Shown here: piece after piece, positions 36,956 to 50,077 of the stretch
Numbering within the stretch: position 1 is the stretch's first letter
How the letters are laid out: each line of letters starts with the position of its first letter
DNA from: Pseudovirgaria hyperparasitica
Lineage: Eukaryota
NCBI GenBank assembly: GCA_010093815.1
Contig: ML996574.1
Length of the DNA stretch: 64,000 nt
Strand: one strand, 5' to 3'
Position numbers and translations under genes: made by a program
Notes under the pieces: model-generated
The model's database searches: none
What the model was told of the DNA's origin: nothing
What the model saw: the letters and a program-made list of their open reading frames with translations, nothing else

Positions 36956-37525
36956 TGTGTGTGGAGTAGGTGTGGTGTGGGTGTGTAGATGACGAGGGGG
37001 ATGGGGAGTGATGAGAAGGTTCACGTGTATCGTGGAGATGTGGTATTGCAGAGTGTCTTGGATGTTAGGTTGGGTGGATGGTTGGATGGTTGGATGGTTG
37101 GATGAGTGAAGGGATATACGCAATAGCTTGTTCTGAAGATCGATGCATTTGAGCGCCGGGCCAGGAGTTCTGGAGCTTTGGGTTTACAAGGGAAAGGGAA
37201 GGGAGGCGGATGCAGAATGGAGCAAAGATTTTGAGGAAACGTGTTCGTTTGTGATGGTGGACATCGAGCTGGGTCTGAGCGCGAGAGTGGAAGATGGACT
37301 CAACGAAACGGAGCTGGAGTGCTTGAGGCTTGAAGTGGCTCGTCCTTCATTCTCATGTAGAGAGCTACGGCTTTGCTGGTCGAGCATGTATATGTAAATA
37401 TGGGTCTGTATATCATGCTGCCAAGCGGGCCGCTTGGTTGGCTCGACGCTTCGAGCAGCATTCTGCCTCATGAGCTGATAGCTCTCGGAGCTGTGATATG
37501 ATTCAGTACTCTACAACGCGCTGCA

Positions 37526-38394
37526 TCACTTCTTCTTTTTATCCTTCTTCTTCTTCCCGGCTGGCGCTTCGCTCCCGCTTGCGTTTCCACTGCCGGGCGC
37601 TTCGCCTTGCATCTCTGCCATCATGTCTTTTAGGAAGTTCTCGCTTATGCCGCCACCAGTGACTGCTGGTGAATGCAGTGGTAGGATTGTGTTCATCTTC
37701 CAGCCGCGAGGCACGGCTGGTGGTGGCGGTGCACCCTTGGGCGCCGGTAGGCCTTGTATGCGGAGGCGAAGCGGAGTTTCTGGTTCGGTGGGGTGCAGTA
37801 ATAGGTAATCCGAGATGAGGTTGTAGAGGTGGTGTTCTAGGCAGGGACCAGTCAGCAGGTAATCCAACGTCGAGAGAGTCCTGAAAACTGTCATGACCAT
37901 AGTTAGAGGGTATACGCACTGTTCTGCACGCCTCGCACCACCGACTTCCCCTCCTGCTTCACGCAGACCCTCACCCTCCCCGGATTCGCCCAGTCCTTAG
38001 GATGAATCTTGCCCGGCTCAAACACAATCTCCAGACCAGGCGCCTGCACCTGCAACGCATCAATCAGCTCTCGCGCCAGCGGGTTCTGCACCGCCCGGTT
38101 CTTGCCCACCCGTCTGCCCTCGGCGCGCGTCCGGCTCGCGTCAAAGTAGACCGGGTATATACATTGCCAGTTCTTGCTGCGGGCGGCTTGTTCGGCTTCG
38201 CGCGCGGCGTCGGGCCGGAACTGTGCTTGTGCTTGCATGGGCGGTTGTGCGAATGACGGGCCAGAGCTTAAGCTTGAGCTTGATGGGTTTGGGAGTGAGG
38301 CGGGTTGCAGGATGGCGCCGCGGGGATCGAAGTCGGCGATGTCCATCTCGTCGGGGTCGCTGTCTGAGACCTCTTCTACGCGGGCGTGAGACAT
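37526..38394 (-). CDS. SEC65: Signal recognition particle subunit Srp19/Sec65; 2 exons
   Basis: CIYPVYFDASRTRAEGRRV..AVQNP, HPKDWANPGRVRV; intron at about 37838-37919, then KHHLY...HPT; Lys-rich tail. Confidence 0.95.
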
Positions 38395-39616
38395 GATTGT
38401 GGTTTTCTTTCGTGCGGACAGTGGTGGTTGATGTGTAGTCGTGTGAGCGCAGGAGGCTGGAGGAGGGGGGCAGATCGGTCGTGGTTCAATTGGCGGTGGA
38501 TTTTGGGTTTATTATTTCTTCCTGTACCGTGGTTGATTTGGCAACTATTCCCATATCCGAAAAGATGTCAACTTTCGAGCATCTGTGGGGAAATGATTGG
38601 TGTCCGCTAATTATGGATGCCCCTCTAAGCCGCCGAGGATGGACCGTCGACGGAGACTAGCGCAGGATGAGGCGTCTGGCATTGTCTCCTGAGGTTGGCC
38701 TGTGCACGCCAAGTTGTCTTGTCAACACGTCAAACAACCCTCTCCGTGCCAGACGTATTCCCATGTCCATCGGCCTCTCCGTCACTGACAAGGCTCACTA
38801 CCGACCCGTCAATAAGTAATGTTGCAAGCGTAGACGAATACCACCGTGTACAAGATCCCGACGGGCCAGCATGACGCGCCATGCCCACGCGCTTGTAGCA
38901 TTGCAGCTGTAGTCCATGCGAAGCTGATGATCGGGGGGAACACGAGTGACTAGTACACACAAGGCAATTCCTAGTATGAGACGTACAAAGGATCGAAGGT
39001 GCATGGCGGTCCAGGATGACCTGCATGCACTACGCAAAGCCGTCAAGAAGGAAAGACAGGTGACGAGGATTGTGATGGGCAGTCCAGATGGTTAATTCGT
39101 TGCTTTCTCACTCACTCACGATGCCCAGGGGGTGTGTAGTACTTCTTCCGTGTCCCAAAGATAGCAGACCTATCTTTCTTTGTCTCTTTGCGCCTATTGT
39201 CCAACTTTCTCACTCAGCGGGATATCTCTGTCCTTCCCAGACCCTGGCATTATTGAGGATGCCATGTTCTACAGCGGAGCTATCCAGAGTGTCGTCATTG
39301 ATATGCGCTTTTCCCCCCCTTCAGATGCATCAGAATCATCTGCTGACGTCTTTTCTATGTATCTGAAGTCTTCTAGCTTCGGCCGTGCGTGTTGTTTCTC
39401 GGCATGCCGAGTATCCTAGCACCGGTACCGAGTTCAATTGGCTACGTATCTGTAAAGACTGACGACTCTGGAAGGAGATAAGAACTGTCCCGTCAGGCCA
39501 CCGTCTCGGCCATGTTATTTGAAGACTGGTGCTTCCAGCTTCAAGTCAGTAGTCATACACTTTGGTCGATGATTCTTGCGAACTGAAGACCCTTCACACC
39601 TTATTCTGCCGTCAGC

Positions 39617-41433
39617 ATGTCTCCAGCACTGATCAACGACGGCAATGTTGTCGTCAGTCCAACCACCACAAACGGACACGATTCCAAGAACGGACCAACG
39701 GTCCAGAAGCGTAGTCTCATCGACCATGATGAGCACAGCTCTGAGCCGGATGCCAAACGCCTCCTGACGGACAAGCAGAACGGAAGTAAGAATGGACATT
39801 CCGTAAAGGACAAACTCTCCAACGGCCATGCCGAGACAGAATCACCAGAGCCCGCAAAACCAAGCGCCGTCCTCCACAGATCTCTCCACGAAGACCCCAT
39901 CACCGTCATCCGTGCGTCTGGAAACTACCTGTACACGAGCAACGGTCAGAAGATCCTCGATGCCACGGGCGGGGCCGCAGTATCCTGCCTAGGCCACGGC
40001 GACGAGCGCATCAAGCAGGCCATCAACGCCCAGCTGGACGAAGTCGCATACTGCCATTCGCTATTCTTCGGCACCAACGGCGGCGAGGCCCTCGCACACG
40101 AGCTGATAGAAGGCACGAACGGGGAGATGGCGAAGGCATTCATCGTATCCTCAGGTCTGTTCCCGCGTTATCCCCTGTAATAGTTCACAGCGAGCATTGC
40201 CAGCTGACAAATCTGTAGGCTCAGAGGCGATGGAAGCAGCGATGAAAATGGCCCGGCAGTATTTCCTCGAGCTGTCGCCCCCTCAGCCGAATCGCACGCG
40301 CTTCATCGCCCGCAAGCAGAGCTACCACGGCACCACGCTGGGTGCGCTTTCTCTAGGTGGTCATGTTGCGCGGCGGGCGCTGTACGAGCCTTTACTTGGT
40401 ACGAACATCTCGCACGTGTCTGAATGTAACGTGTACCGCGGGATGCGTGACGGCGAGGACGAAGTCGCGTACGTCAAGCGACTGGCCAAGGAACTGGACG
40501 AAGAGTTTCAGAGGGTTGGACCGGGGAATGTGTGCGCCTTTGTAGCCGAGCCGGTCGTCGGAGCTGTGAGTCTTGTTTTTCGTTCCATCCTCCCGACCCC
40601 TTTCCATCTCCTCTCTCCTACCCCTTTCCCAACCCCAGACCTCCACCCAAAATACCTACAAACACAAACTCACCAAACCACCACACCAGGCCCTCGGCTG
40701 CGTCCCCGCCCCGGCCCTCTACTTCCCCCTGATATTCCAAATCTGCCGCACCCACGGCGCCCTCCTCATCCTCGACGAAATCATGTGCGGCATGGGCCGC
40801 ACCGGCACCCTCCACGCCTGGCAACACCCCTCCATCGCCACCACCCCCGACATCCAAACCATCGGCAAATCCCTCGCCGGCGGCTACCAGCCCATCGCCG
40901 CCCTCCTCCTCTCCCACCGCGTCGTCGACACCCTCCGCTCCGGCTCCGCCTCCTTCAGCCACGGCCAGACATACCAGGCGCACCCGGTCGCATGCGCCGC
41001 CGCGGCTGCGGTCCAGCGCGTCGTGCGCGCAGAGCACCTCGTTGCGAATGTTGCGCGCATGGGCGATTTGTTGGGCCGTGGGCTGCGCGCGCGGCTCGGT
41101 GCGCATCCGCATGTCGGGGATATTAGGGGGAGGGGTTTGTTCTGGGGCATTGAGTTTGTGGCTGATAAGGAGGGGAAGAGGGCGTTTCGGCCGGAGGTGG
41201 GTGTGGCGAGACGGGTGCATGAGTTGGGGATGAGGGAGGGGTTTGGGATTAGTTTGTATCCTGGGACGGGGTGTGTGGATGGGGTGAGGGGGGATCATGT
41301 GCTTGTTTGTCCGGCGTTTAATGTTGATGAGGGGGTTGTGGGGGAGATTGTGGAGGGGGTTGGGAGGGTTGTGGAGGGGTTTTTTGGGGGGTTGGAGGGG
41401 GAGTTTGGGGGTGGTGGTGGTGGTGGTGAGTGA
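39617..41433 (+). CDS. PLP-dependent class-III aminotransferase; 3 exons
   Basis: LDATGGAAVSCLGHG, SSGSEAMEAAMK, SYHGTTLG, FVAEPVVGA, LILDEIMCGMGRTG, PDIQTIGKSLAGGY (PLP lysine), HGQTYQAHP, RGRGLFWG. Confidence 0.93.
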
Positions 41434-41914
41434 GTGATGGGTGCGTGGATGCAGATATGAGATGTATATCTCTTGCTACGATGTGACTTCTTCATAGACT
41501 GTACCAGCCACTGCATACGCACATCACAGCCACATCATCCCATACATTACTGGATTTGGCATAAACTATGGAGTACTGACAAGACAAGACAAGACACGTG
41601 CCCGCACTGTACGTTGCCATCCAGATCTCACATCACATTACATCATTACATCACATCACGTGCCGAAGACGGACAGAGAGCCCGAGGAGGAAATGACGTC
41701 GAGTAATCAGGTACTACTAGGTACCTTCCTTATCCACCTGCCTGACCTCAGCAGGTACGGTTGCGGTAGGCACGGTAGCCGTCCCGTGATAGCGATATGG
41801 GCAACGCTGATTAGACTGTCTATCTTCGACTACGTTCGCACGCACTCGTTCACACGCACAGAATGCATGCTGTGCAGAACTAGATCTGCGTACTGCAACT
41901 GATGTACATGCAAG

Positions 41915-42375
41915 TGAGTGAGTGAGAGAGTGAGTAAGTAAGTAAGTAACGGCGGATCAGCAGCCGCGACGGCGTGGAATGTGTTGATGGATGAAAGAGA
42001 GGGAAAGAAAAGAATAAAGGAAAAGAGGAGGGGAGGGTGGTGGTTGGTTGGTTGGTTGGCTGTTGTAGTTGTGGTAGTAGTAGTAGTAATAGTAGTAGTG
42101 GAGGTGTGGTGATGGTGTTGGACGGGAAGGAACGGGATAAGATAGGACGGGATGAGGGATGAGGTGATGTAGGTAGTAGGTAGTAGGTATTAGTAGGTAG
42201 TAGGTAGGAAGGTGGGGCGTGTTGCAAGCAGTGTGTATGGCTGGCGAGATCAGCGTCGGTGCTCGGGATTGACTGGACTGACTGGCCGTCTTGGTGGCGA
42301 TAGTGAGAGGAGGTGGATATATATGAATGATGTGAGGAGTAATTAGTAGCAGCAGCAGCAGCAGCAGTAGTAGTA
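41915..42375. repeat. Compound microsatellite / low-complexity tract (GTGA, GTAA, GGTT, TAG, GTAG, GCA units)
   Basis: Short tandem repeats read directly. Confidence 0.8.
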
Positions 42376-43797
42376 GATTCACAGTAGAACAATCAAGCCA
42401 GGTACGACGTTCGCCGGCGCCGTTCGTGTGCGCTGTGTTTTGTTCTTTCTTTGTATTCTCTGTAGTCTGTGGGTTCTGCGTGTGGCGTTGTTGACGTCGT
42501 TGGCCTGACATGATGGATGAGGGACAGGATGTTGGATGCAGGATGATGGATGATGGACCCCGTAAGTACCCGTAAGACGTCGTGTGGGCAGAGAAAGGGT
42601 CCATCCACGGTTTATCCGAATCAGGGGCGGGTTTACTGTATGTGTATTCTGGGTAGGTGGGCAGGTATTATGTAGCAAGTAGGTACAGCGATCATCAACG
42701 AGGCTGATGCGTGCGTTCCGTGTTCCGAGTTCCTGACAGTATCATGCTATTATATCAGACGTGTGCCATCATCCATTCGATCAAGCAGGCTCGTGCCGGG
42801 CTCGTGCTGGATGGGATGCTGAGGAAAGAAACGTATCATATCTTATTGACTATCCCAGGCCCATCAGTCTAACACAGTGCGTGCAGTACTTGTTAGTGGA
42901 TGATGGATGCCGATGGATGATGGGCGTCAGACTGCTACAGTAGCTACCTATAACCTATATATGAAGAGGCCGCACCGTGGCCACTGCGCGCACCTGTTGC
43001 ACATCCACCGTCTACGCATACAGCATACAGCACACACAGCACACACACATAGCCATTGCCGACATTTCTCCCCGGACTCGACCACTCGACCCGCGTGTCT
43101 GGCGCGATGGAGATGAAGATTCAGTACAGACGCTGATGCTGTCTGTTCACACCAGTCCCATGCTGCACGCACTCAATCACTCACTCTCAGCCCATCTTTT
43201 CTGTACGCGAATAGGGTGTTTCGTGTGGGCAGTGTGAGGGACGGTGACGAGCCATGGTTTTGAAGCCGCCACAAGCGACTAATTAATCATTACTAGCAAC
43301 CCCGGTCCTGCTGAGTGAGTGGTGGTGGTGGCAGCCCAGCACGGAGCAGGTCGGGGCAGGTCACGGCTGGACAGGGCAGGTATTTCGCCTCCCGACAAGC
43401 GCACAGTTCAGCACGTACCCTCAAAACCGGGGCCGCCGCTCGTCACACTTTCAGCTAAACAACCAGGAATACACTCGCTTGGGCAGATTCCATTCAGCGA
43501 GTAATTAGAGGCCAAAGTCACGGGCTTGCATCTCTCTCGGTCTTGCTACAACTGCAACACACACTCCGGAAACAGCTCTTGGAGGGCAAGATCTGATATA
43601 TATCTCTGCAGCAGACATGTGTGAAACTGGCATTGTATTGCATGGAATCATGGAATGAGAATAGAATAGATTGAAAACAGCCAGATATTCATCGTGTCAA
43701 CTCTCAACCACCGTAGCCAGGCGGAGGCCGCAAATGCAGCAGATTCGCGCTAGCATCAACCGCCCAAACCCTCTCGACATCGCACCCAGTCGTCGTT

Positions 43798-43828
<31 letters not shown>

Positions 43829-44318
43829 CGTCGCCGTTTGTCCTGCCTCCTCGTCTCCATCACTCACTTGTCTGTCGTCGACTCTTGTTGTTTTCCAAGC
43901 AGCTGGTCACTGTGTGTCATTCCACAATCCACATTATCCCTCTCCCACAGTGCTGCTGCCACTCGCTCCTGCTCTTTTTCACTGCTTCCTTCACCCTGCC
44001 CGGCACACATACGCACACACACACGCACACACACACACCCTTCCTCTACTCGAGGCGGTAACGCGGATCATCTCCGTCTCCAAGCCCTTCTCCACCTTTT
44101 GCACGCTGCTGGCTCTCTCCATAATCTGGCCATGTCTCTCTGACTACACTTCTCCCCCAATCCTCTCTCTCTCTCTCCACTCCGTCCTGTCGTCGTCCAT
44201 ATCGACAGACTGAGCTCGACATACTCATCGGCCTCCAGGAGCGTAAGGTTTCGAGTGTCAACGCTACCGTGCTTCCGAGCGCTATTTGCTATCCACGCCT
44301 ACCGCACATCCTCACATC

Positions 44319-46546
44319 ATGTCGACTCCCTCAACACAAACCGTTCAGCTGCCTCCACACCACCAATACTATGCTCACCATCAATCATACCATCAGCATA
44401 ATAACCCGTCCAATGCTCACGTCTCGAGCCGCAATCCGCAGTCCACCTACAACGCCTACACCCTCGACTCCGCTGCCGCTGATCTACGCCGAACGACTGC
44501 CACCACCGTAAACTCGAGACCGAACCAGCTGCCTCCCATCCAAAGCCCCCATTATTCCACCGATATGACTTCCACAAAAGACAAGAAAACAGACTGGAAT
44601 GAGTTTTACAAGAATGGCATCCCGAAAGAAGTAATTGTCATTGATGATTCGCCCGAGCCACAGTCAAGCCGAACTGCAGTCACGAACGGCAATACGCGCC
44701 ATGCCGACAAGAAGCGAAAAACTGCCACATACGAACCCCTCTACCACCAACAAACTTCGTACTCGACCACCCAGACCCCATACTACGACCACACTTCCCC
44801 AAATACCACTGCCACTGCCTCGTCTGACAGATCTGCCGTAGCTACCACTGCTACCACCTCATTGGGCTCAAACGGCACCTCCGCCTACATGGCTCCTGTT
44901 GCTACTGGCCAAAAGCGGAAGCGAGCTCCTGCAAAAGCTGAAAAGCCCCACAAACGGAGAGAAATTGACCTCAATGATCCAGCTCCTCTGGCTCTTTACC
45001 GTGCCCCTCCCAAACCCCCAATCAAGTCGGCTGAAGTCAAGGTCGAGGTTGTGCAAGATATCGTACGTGTTTCAGACCTAGCTACGCAATTTCTTTTTCA
45101 CTTTGCTAACTTCAAAGCAGAGGCATCATCCCAAGGACAAGGTCGACGATGAAGACGGTCACTATATCGTCATACCTGACGCTGATCTTACCCAACGATG
45201 TATGAAACTCACTTCCACTTTTTTTCCCTTTTTCGCTGCCATCCTCTCGTACTGACTTGACTCCCCCTTTCAGATCAAATCGTGAGACTTTTAGGCCAAG
45301 GAACCTTTGGCAAGGTCGTCGAAGCCTACGACAGGCAGGAGCGCCAGAAGGTTGCCATCAAGGTTATTCGATCAGTACAGAAATACCGAGACGCCTCTAG
45401 GATTGAACTGAGAGTCCTCAAAACGCTGGCATCCAACGATCAGGACAACGCCAATCGTTGTATCCACCTTCGCCATTGCTTCGACTTCCGCAATCACATC
45501 TGCATTGTCACGGATCTCTACAGCCAGAGTGTTTTCGACTTTCTCAAGGCGAACCAATTCGTTCCCTTTCCGAGTACGCACATCCAGAAGTTTGCCAAGC
45601 AGCTCTTCACAAGTGTAGCTTGTATGTGCACTAGTCCAAGAACATCCCCCCAACCTGACTACCTGCCTGCTAACGCGTGTTTCAGTCCTTCACGACTTGA
45701 ATCTCATCCACACCGATCTCAAGCCCGAGAATATCCTTCTGGTCAATAATTCCTACCAAACCTTCACGTACAACCGACAAGTCCCCTCTTCTTCAACCTC
45801 CACGTCTCGAACGTCACGTCACCGACGAGTCCTTCTTGATCCTGAAATTCGGTTGATCGACTTTGGATCGGCAACTTTCCAAGAAGAGTACCACTCGTCG
45901 GTTGTCTCCACCAGGCACTACCGTGCGCCAGAAATCATCCTCAACCTCGGCTGGAGCTTCCCTTGTGACATTTGGAGTATAGGATGTATTCTGGTCGAGT
46001 TCTTCACGGGCGACGCTCTGTTCCAGACGCACGACAACCTCGAGCATCTGGCAATGATGGAAGCTGTATGTGGGGGCAAGATTGACAAAGACATTATTCG
46101 AGCCGTGCAGAAGTCTGACAAGGGTTCAAGTCGCAACCCTGCCACAAGGTATGTCTCTCCCCTCGTTGCCTACTCGATCGATCCCATCTGACATGTCTCC
46201 CAGCTACTTCCGTGGTATGAAGCTCGACTACCCGAACGGAGACACCCAGAAGACGTCGAAGAAGTACGTCAGAGCCATGAAGAAGCTTCATGTAAGTGCG
46301 AGCGGCTCCACATTGCCGTTCTTGTGTACTAACCCTTTGTCCCAGGACACCATCCCATGTCACACCGACTTTAACCGTCAGTTTCTTGACCTGCTCAAGA
46401 AGATCTTTGTCTATGATCCCAAAAAGCGCATCAAGGCCCACGAGGCCCTCCACCACCGATGGTTCTCAGAAGTCCTCACCGACGATGGCACCGAGGCTCA
46501 CCGGATCCGGTTGGAGAAGGAGAAGAAGGCTGCACGCCAACGATGA
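44319..46546 (+). CDS. lkh1: LAMMER dual-specificity protein kinase (Lkh1/Kns1/CLK family), multi-exon
   Basis: [44 protein letters not shown], and the EHLAMME signature. Confidence 0.96.
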
Positions 46547-47135
46547 CGAGAGCCCAGGCAGCGTTGAAAGCGTTTCGTTACGTTATATACTCTCCCACAC
46601 ATGACGCGCACTTTATCCCGTGTTTCTACCCGATGTTGCATCCATATATATATATATTCAGGCTGGCCTTGTGGGAATTCTACATTGTGCCCCTCAAACC
46701 CCCCAACCCTATACGGTTTTTTTTGGATTTGGCTAGTATGGTATGCATGGCGCGGGACCTGGCGTTTGGGACACACACTTGTACGATGTCAACGAGACTA
46801 GACAAAAAGCTGTTTTATGATTTGCGCCGTGGTCGGACTTGTGCTGGCGGTTCGTGACGTTGCCGTTGCCGTTGCCGTTGAGGAGTCGTCTTCTTGCTTG
46901 ACCACTTATTGCCGGCTCCTCGATTGGCGTGGGCAATATTATCCTCATGAATTGCATTGCATTGCATTGCATTGCATTGCATGAGCGATGAGCGTAGAAG
47001 TGTGTGTCTTTCTCTCGGGATCCGGGATCCGGGCATAGCTGTAGCGAGCGACTTACCTCTCTACTGGGCGATTTACAAATCTTCAACAATTGATAATTAG
47101 GCCTGTTCTTCTGTGGATGTCTGTGTGCGTATGGA

Positions 47136-47162
47136 TGTGTGTGTGTGAGAGAGAGAGGGAGG

Positions 47163-47223
<61 letters not shown>
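47136..47223. repeat. (GT)n(GA)n compound dinucleotide microsatellite
   Basis: Read directly; the GA run is interrupted by short GGGA units. Confidence 0.95.
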
Positions 47224-47227
<4 letters not shown>

Positions 47228-47872
47228 ACGATTAGAGAAGACTATAAGACTATAAGACAAAAAGACAAAAAGACAAGCGCAGATATAAGCATGAAGGACC
47301 ATCAAAAGACAAGACGAGCCAAGACGAATTCATGCTCAGATACAAGACAAAACGAGATTATGCTCAAAAACCCCAAAAAACACACAAGACACTAACTAAT
47401 TAAGATAAAAAAAAAACGACAAAAAAGACTAACTAGACAACAAGCGGAGCAGTTGAATGGAAGTAGAGTGTGTCTGTCTGGTATAGAATAGCCAGACGCC
47501 GCTCTAATACTAGTAGCTTGCGATGAGACTGACTGCTGTGTCTGCTCTGTCTGCTCTGCCTGCTCTGCCTGCCTGCCTGCCTACCTACCTACCTGCCTAC
47601 CTCGTGCTGTGTGCGGAGTAGGGTGTGCGGAGTAGGGTGTTTTGTTGTTGTGTTTGATTTCCGTGCTTGTTCGAGGTGAGCATATGGTGATTTGTTCGTC
47701 TAAGCTTGGTGTTCGTCCAAGCTACTCCTTAATCCATACATTCATCCATCCAATCTTCCATCCAATCTTCCATCCAACGCACCTACGATCCAACCACCTC
47801 ACAAACAAGACATGCCACATACCACACCCCCTCCAACTCCCCATCTCCCCTCCAAGTCCCATCCCATCCCCC

Positions 47873-50077
47873 CTACCGCCCCCCCCTCCTCCTCTTCCCC
47901 CCCCTCCCCCCACCCAAACACGCCCGCGGATCAAACTCCTCATCCGAATCCGCATCCTCCACCTCATCGACAGCCGCAAGACGGCGCTTACGCACCTGTT
48001 GCCCCACAGATCCCACCTTGTCGTCAATACCATCGCCAGACTCTGCCGAGACACCGTCAATGTCATCCTCGTCGGGCTCGCTGTAGGACTTTTGCGTCGC
48101 GCGCAGGCCGGCGGCGCTGCGGAGAGAGCGGGTGGGTGGGTCGGAGGTTGTTTGCTCTTCTTCTTCTTCTTCTTCGTCGTCGGTGTCGGTGTCGGTGTCG
48201 TCGTCTTCAGGGGTGGTGGGTACATCGACTTCATCAACACCTTTCTTCCCCCCCCTCCCCGCATTCTCCCTATCCCGCCTCGCCTGCCTCACACGCCCAA
48301 GCCGCACATCGCCCTCCTCCGCCCTCCGCACCTCCTGCGCCTCCTGATACAGCCAAATACTCCCCTGATGCAAGAGACAATTCGAAAAGTCGGCGTTGGA
48401 ATGCGGGTCGAGGCCCGCAGCGACACGGTCAGCGCGGTCTGCGTCGAGGCGCTTTTCGAACTGGGAGATTTGGGCGCGCGGGCGGTCGTGCGCGAGTTTG
48501 GCGGCGGAGAGGCGGGCGGTGAGGGTGTGGGTGTGGCGGGCGAGTTCGTGGGGCCAGGACCAGGAGGTGCGGTAGAGGGGCAGGGGGATGGGGCCTGGGT
48601 AGGAGGGGGGGTTGTTGGTGTTGGATTTGATGGTCTCGAGAAAGGAGAGGGCTTCGGCGTGGGTGGCTTTGTCGGTGTGGTCAAAGGCGGCGCGGTACTT
48701 GGCCTTGGGCTCGTTTCTGAGCTTGAGCCGGCCGTCGGCGCGGACGTCGAGGGTGCGGCAGAGGTCGGGCAGGTCGAGGAAGCGCTCGAGGCAGTCGAGG
48801 TGGACGAAGCCGGCGACGAGGAACGGGTCTGCGGCCTCGCCGTGCGAGTTCCAGTGCTCGTCAAAGGCGACGCGGTAGTGGCCGTGGAGCATTGTGCCCT
48901 TGCCCTTGACCTGCGAAGGGCAGTCTGCGAAGCGGCAGTGGTCGGACTCGCGGGTCGGGTAGCGGCGCGCGGAGTCGGCGGCGACTTTCTGGATCCAGAG
49001 CGTCATGCGGCGGGCTTGGTGGCGCCAGGGGTGGTCGTAGAGGAAGTCGCGGATCTGGTCGATGGAGAGGGTTGGTTGGGCGAGCTCGCCGTACTGGTTG
49101 TAGGTGAATTCGAAGCCGTGCGAGGAGGTCCAGGCGTTGAGCTGCTTGTTCTTTGCCGGGATGTACTGGTCGTGCATGTACTTCTGGGCCTGCTTGTAGG
49201 CGTTGATCTTCTTGGTCCGGTTGCCGCCTTGGGTTTTGCCGTTGACGCGCACCCAGGGCTGGTGCTTGGACTTTTGGGGCTTGAGGATGCGGGTTTCGGG
49301 CGTGTCTTCTGCTTCGGCTTCGTCTTCTTCGTTGTCGGGATCGTGGGCGATGGATTGCTTTTGGTGGTGGTATGGAGGGTGGTACATTCTGTGGTTGACG
49401 TTGGCGGACATGTAGTTTGTCTGCTGGTCGTATGGGGGCGGGAGCTCGCTGTAGAGTCCTGGATATGGCTGCTCGTAGCTCGTCCTGCTGTCTTGGCCGT
49501 GGTATGTGCGCACGTTCGACAGGTCGTCCATGTGGGATGGGAGCCATTGAGAGTCTTGCGGAGCAGGATAGGCGCCGTATTGATGATGCTGGGGAAGCTC
49601 GGCGTATTGCTGATGCTGTTGCTGGGGCAGTTCGGCATACTGTTCCTGTGGGGAGTCGTGCAGGAGCTGGTATGAGTCTCCAAGGATCTGGGGGTCGATG
49701 GCTGGATCAGACAATTTGGCGTGACTGTTCGGTTGTTGTGAAAACGGGATTGACCACTGCTGAGGATGCATGGTCATGTCTTGAGGATCGAGCTGCACCG
49801 GCGGCTGGTAGTGCGAGCGCGGCATGGCTTGCTGTGGTAGAGTGTGCCGTGGCTTCGTGTATGTGAAGCGCGAGACTGCATCGCTGCCACGGACGATTTG
49901 CTCGAAGCTCTGACCATCAGGGGTCGGCGAAGTGGTCGAGTCCCGCTCTGGCGTAGCGTAGCGAGAGCAATATCCGGAGTCAGAGCGCTCGTACGGGACG
50001 ACATACTGCAGTTGTGGAGTCGGTACTCTGTTGGACATGGTGTGATCTTGGGAATGATGCTGAAGCTGGGTGCTCAT
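47873..50077 (-). CDS. Hypothetical protein: Q/P/Y-rich N-terminus, central Cys/His zinc-finger-like domain, acidic and basic tail
   Basis: Intronless ORF of more than 730 codons with C-ending codon bias. The core reads LWIQKVAAD...CRFADCP...GHYRVAFDE...DPFLVAGFVHLDCLERF. The start is uncertain (ATG at 50077 chosen). Confidence 0.75.
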   Translation of the reverse strand: MSTQLQHHSQDHTMSNRVPTPQLQYVVPYERSDSGYCSRYATPERDSTTSPTPDGQSFEQIVRGSDAVSRFTYTKPRHTLPQQAMPRSHYQPPVQLDPQDMTMHPQQWSIPFSQQPNSHAKLSDPAIDPQILGDSYQLLHDSPQEQYAELPQQQHQQYAELPQHHQYGAYPAPQDSQWLPSHMDDLSNVRTYHGQDSRTSYEQPYPGLYSELPPPYDQQTNYMSANVNHRMYHPPYHHQKQSIAHDPDNEEDEAEAEDTPETRILKPQKSKHQPWVRVNGKTQGGNRTKKINAYKQAQKYMHDQYIPAKNKQLNAWTSSHGFEFTYNQYGELAQPTLSIDQIRDFLYDHPWRHQARRMTLWIQKVAADSARRYPTRESDHCRFADCPSQVKGKGTMLHGHYRVAFDEHWNSHGEAADPFLVAGFVHLDCLERFLDLPDLCRTLDVRADGRLKLRNEPKAKYRAAFDHTDKATHAEALSFLETIKSNTNNPPSYPGPIPLPLYRTSWSWPHELARHTHTLTARLSAAKLAHDRPRAQISQFEKRLDADRADRVAAGLDPHSNADFSNCLLHQGSIWLYQEAQEVRRAEEGDVRLGRVRQARRDRENAGRGGKKGVDEVDVPTTPEDDDTDTDTDDEEEEEEEQTTSDPPTRSLRSAAGLRATQKSYSEPDEDDIDGVSAESGDGIDDKVGSVGQQVRKRRLAAVDEVEDADSDEEFDPRACLGGGRGGKRRRGGR

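Noticed and set aside
47642..49675. 677-aa + strand ORF antisense to the 753-aa ORF
   Set aside because: V/G/L-rich shadow frame expected from the codon bias of the real - strand gene; non-ATG start and no motifs.
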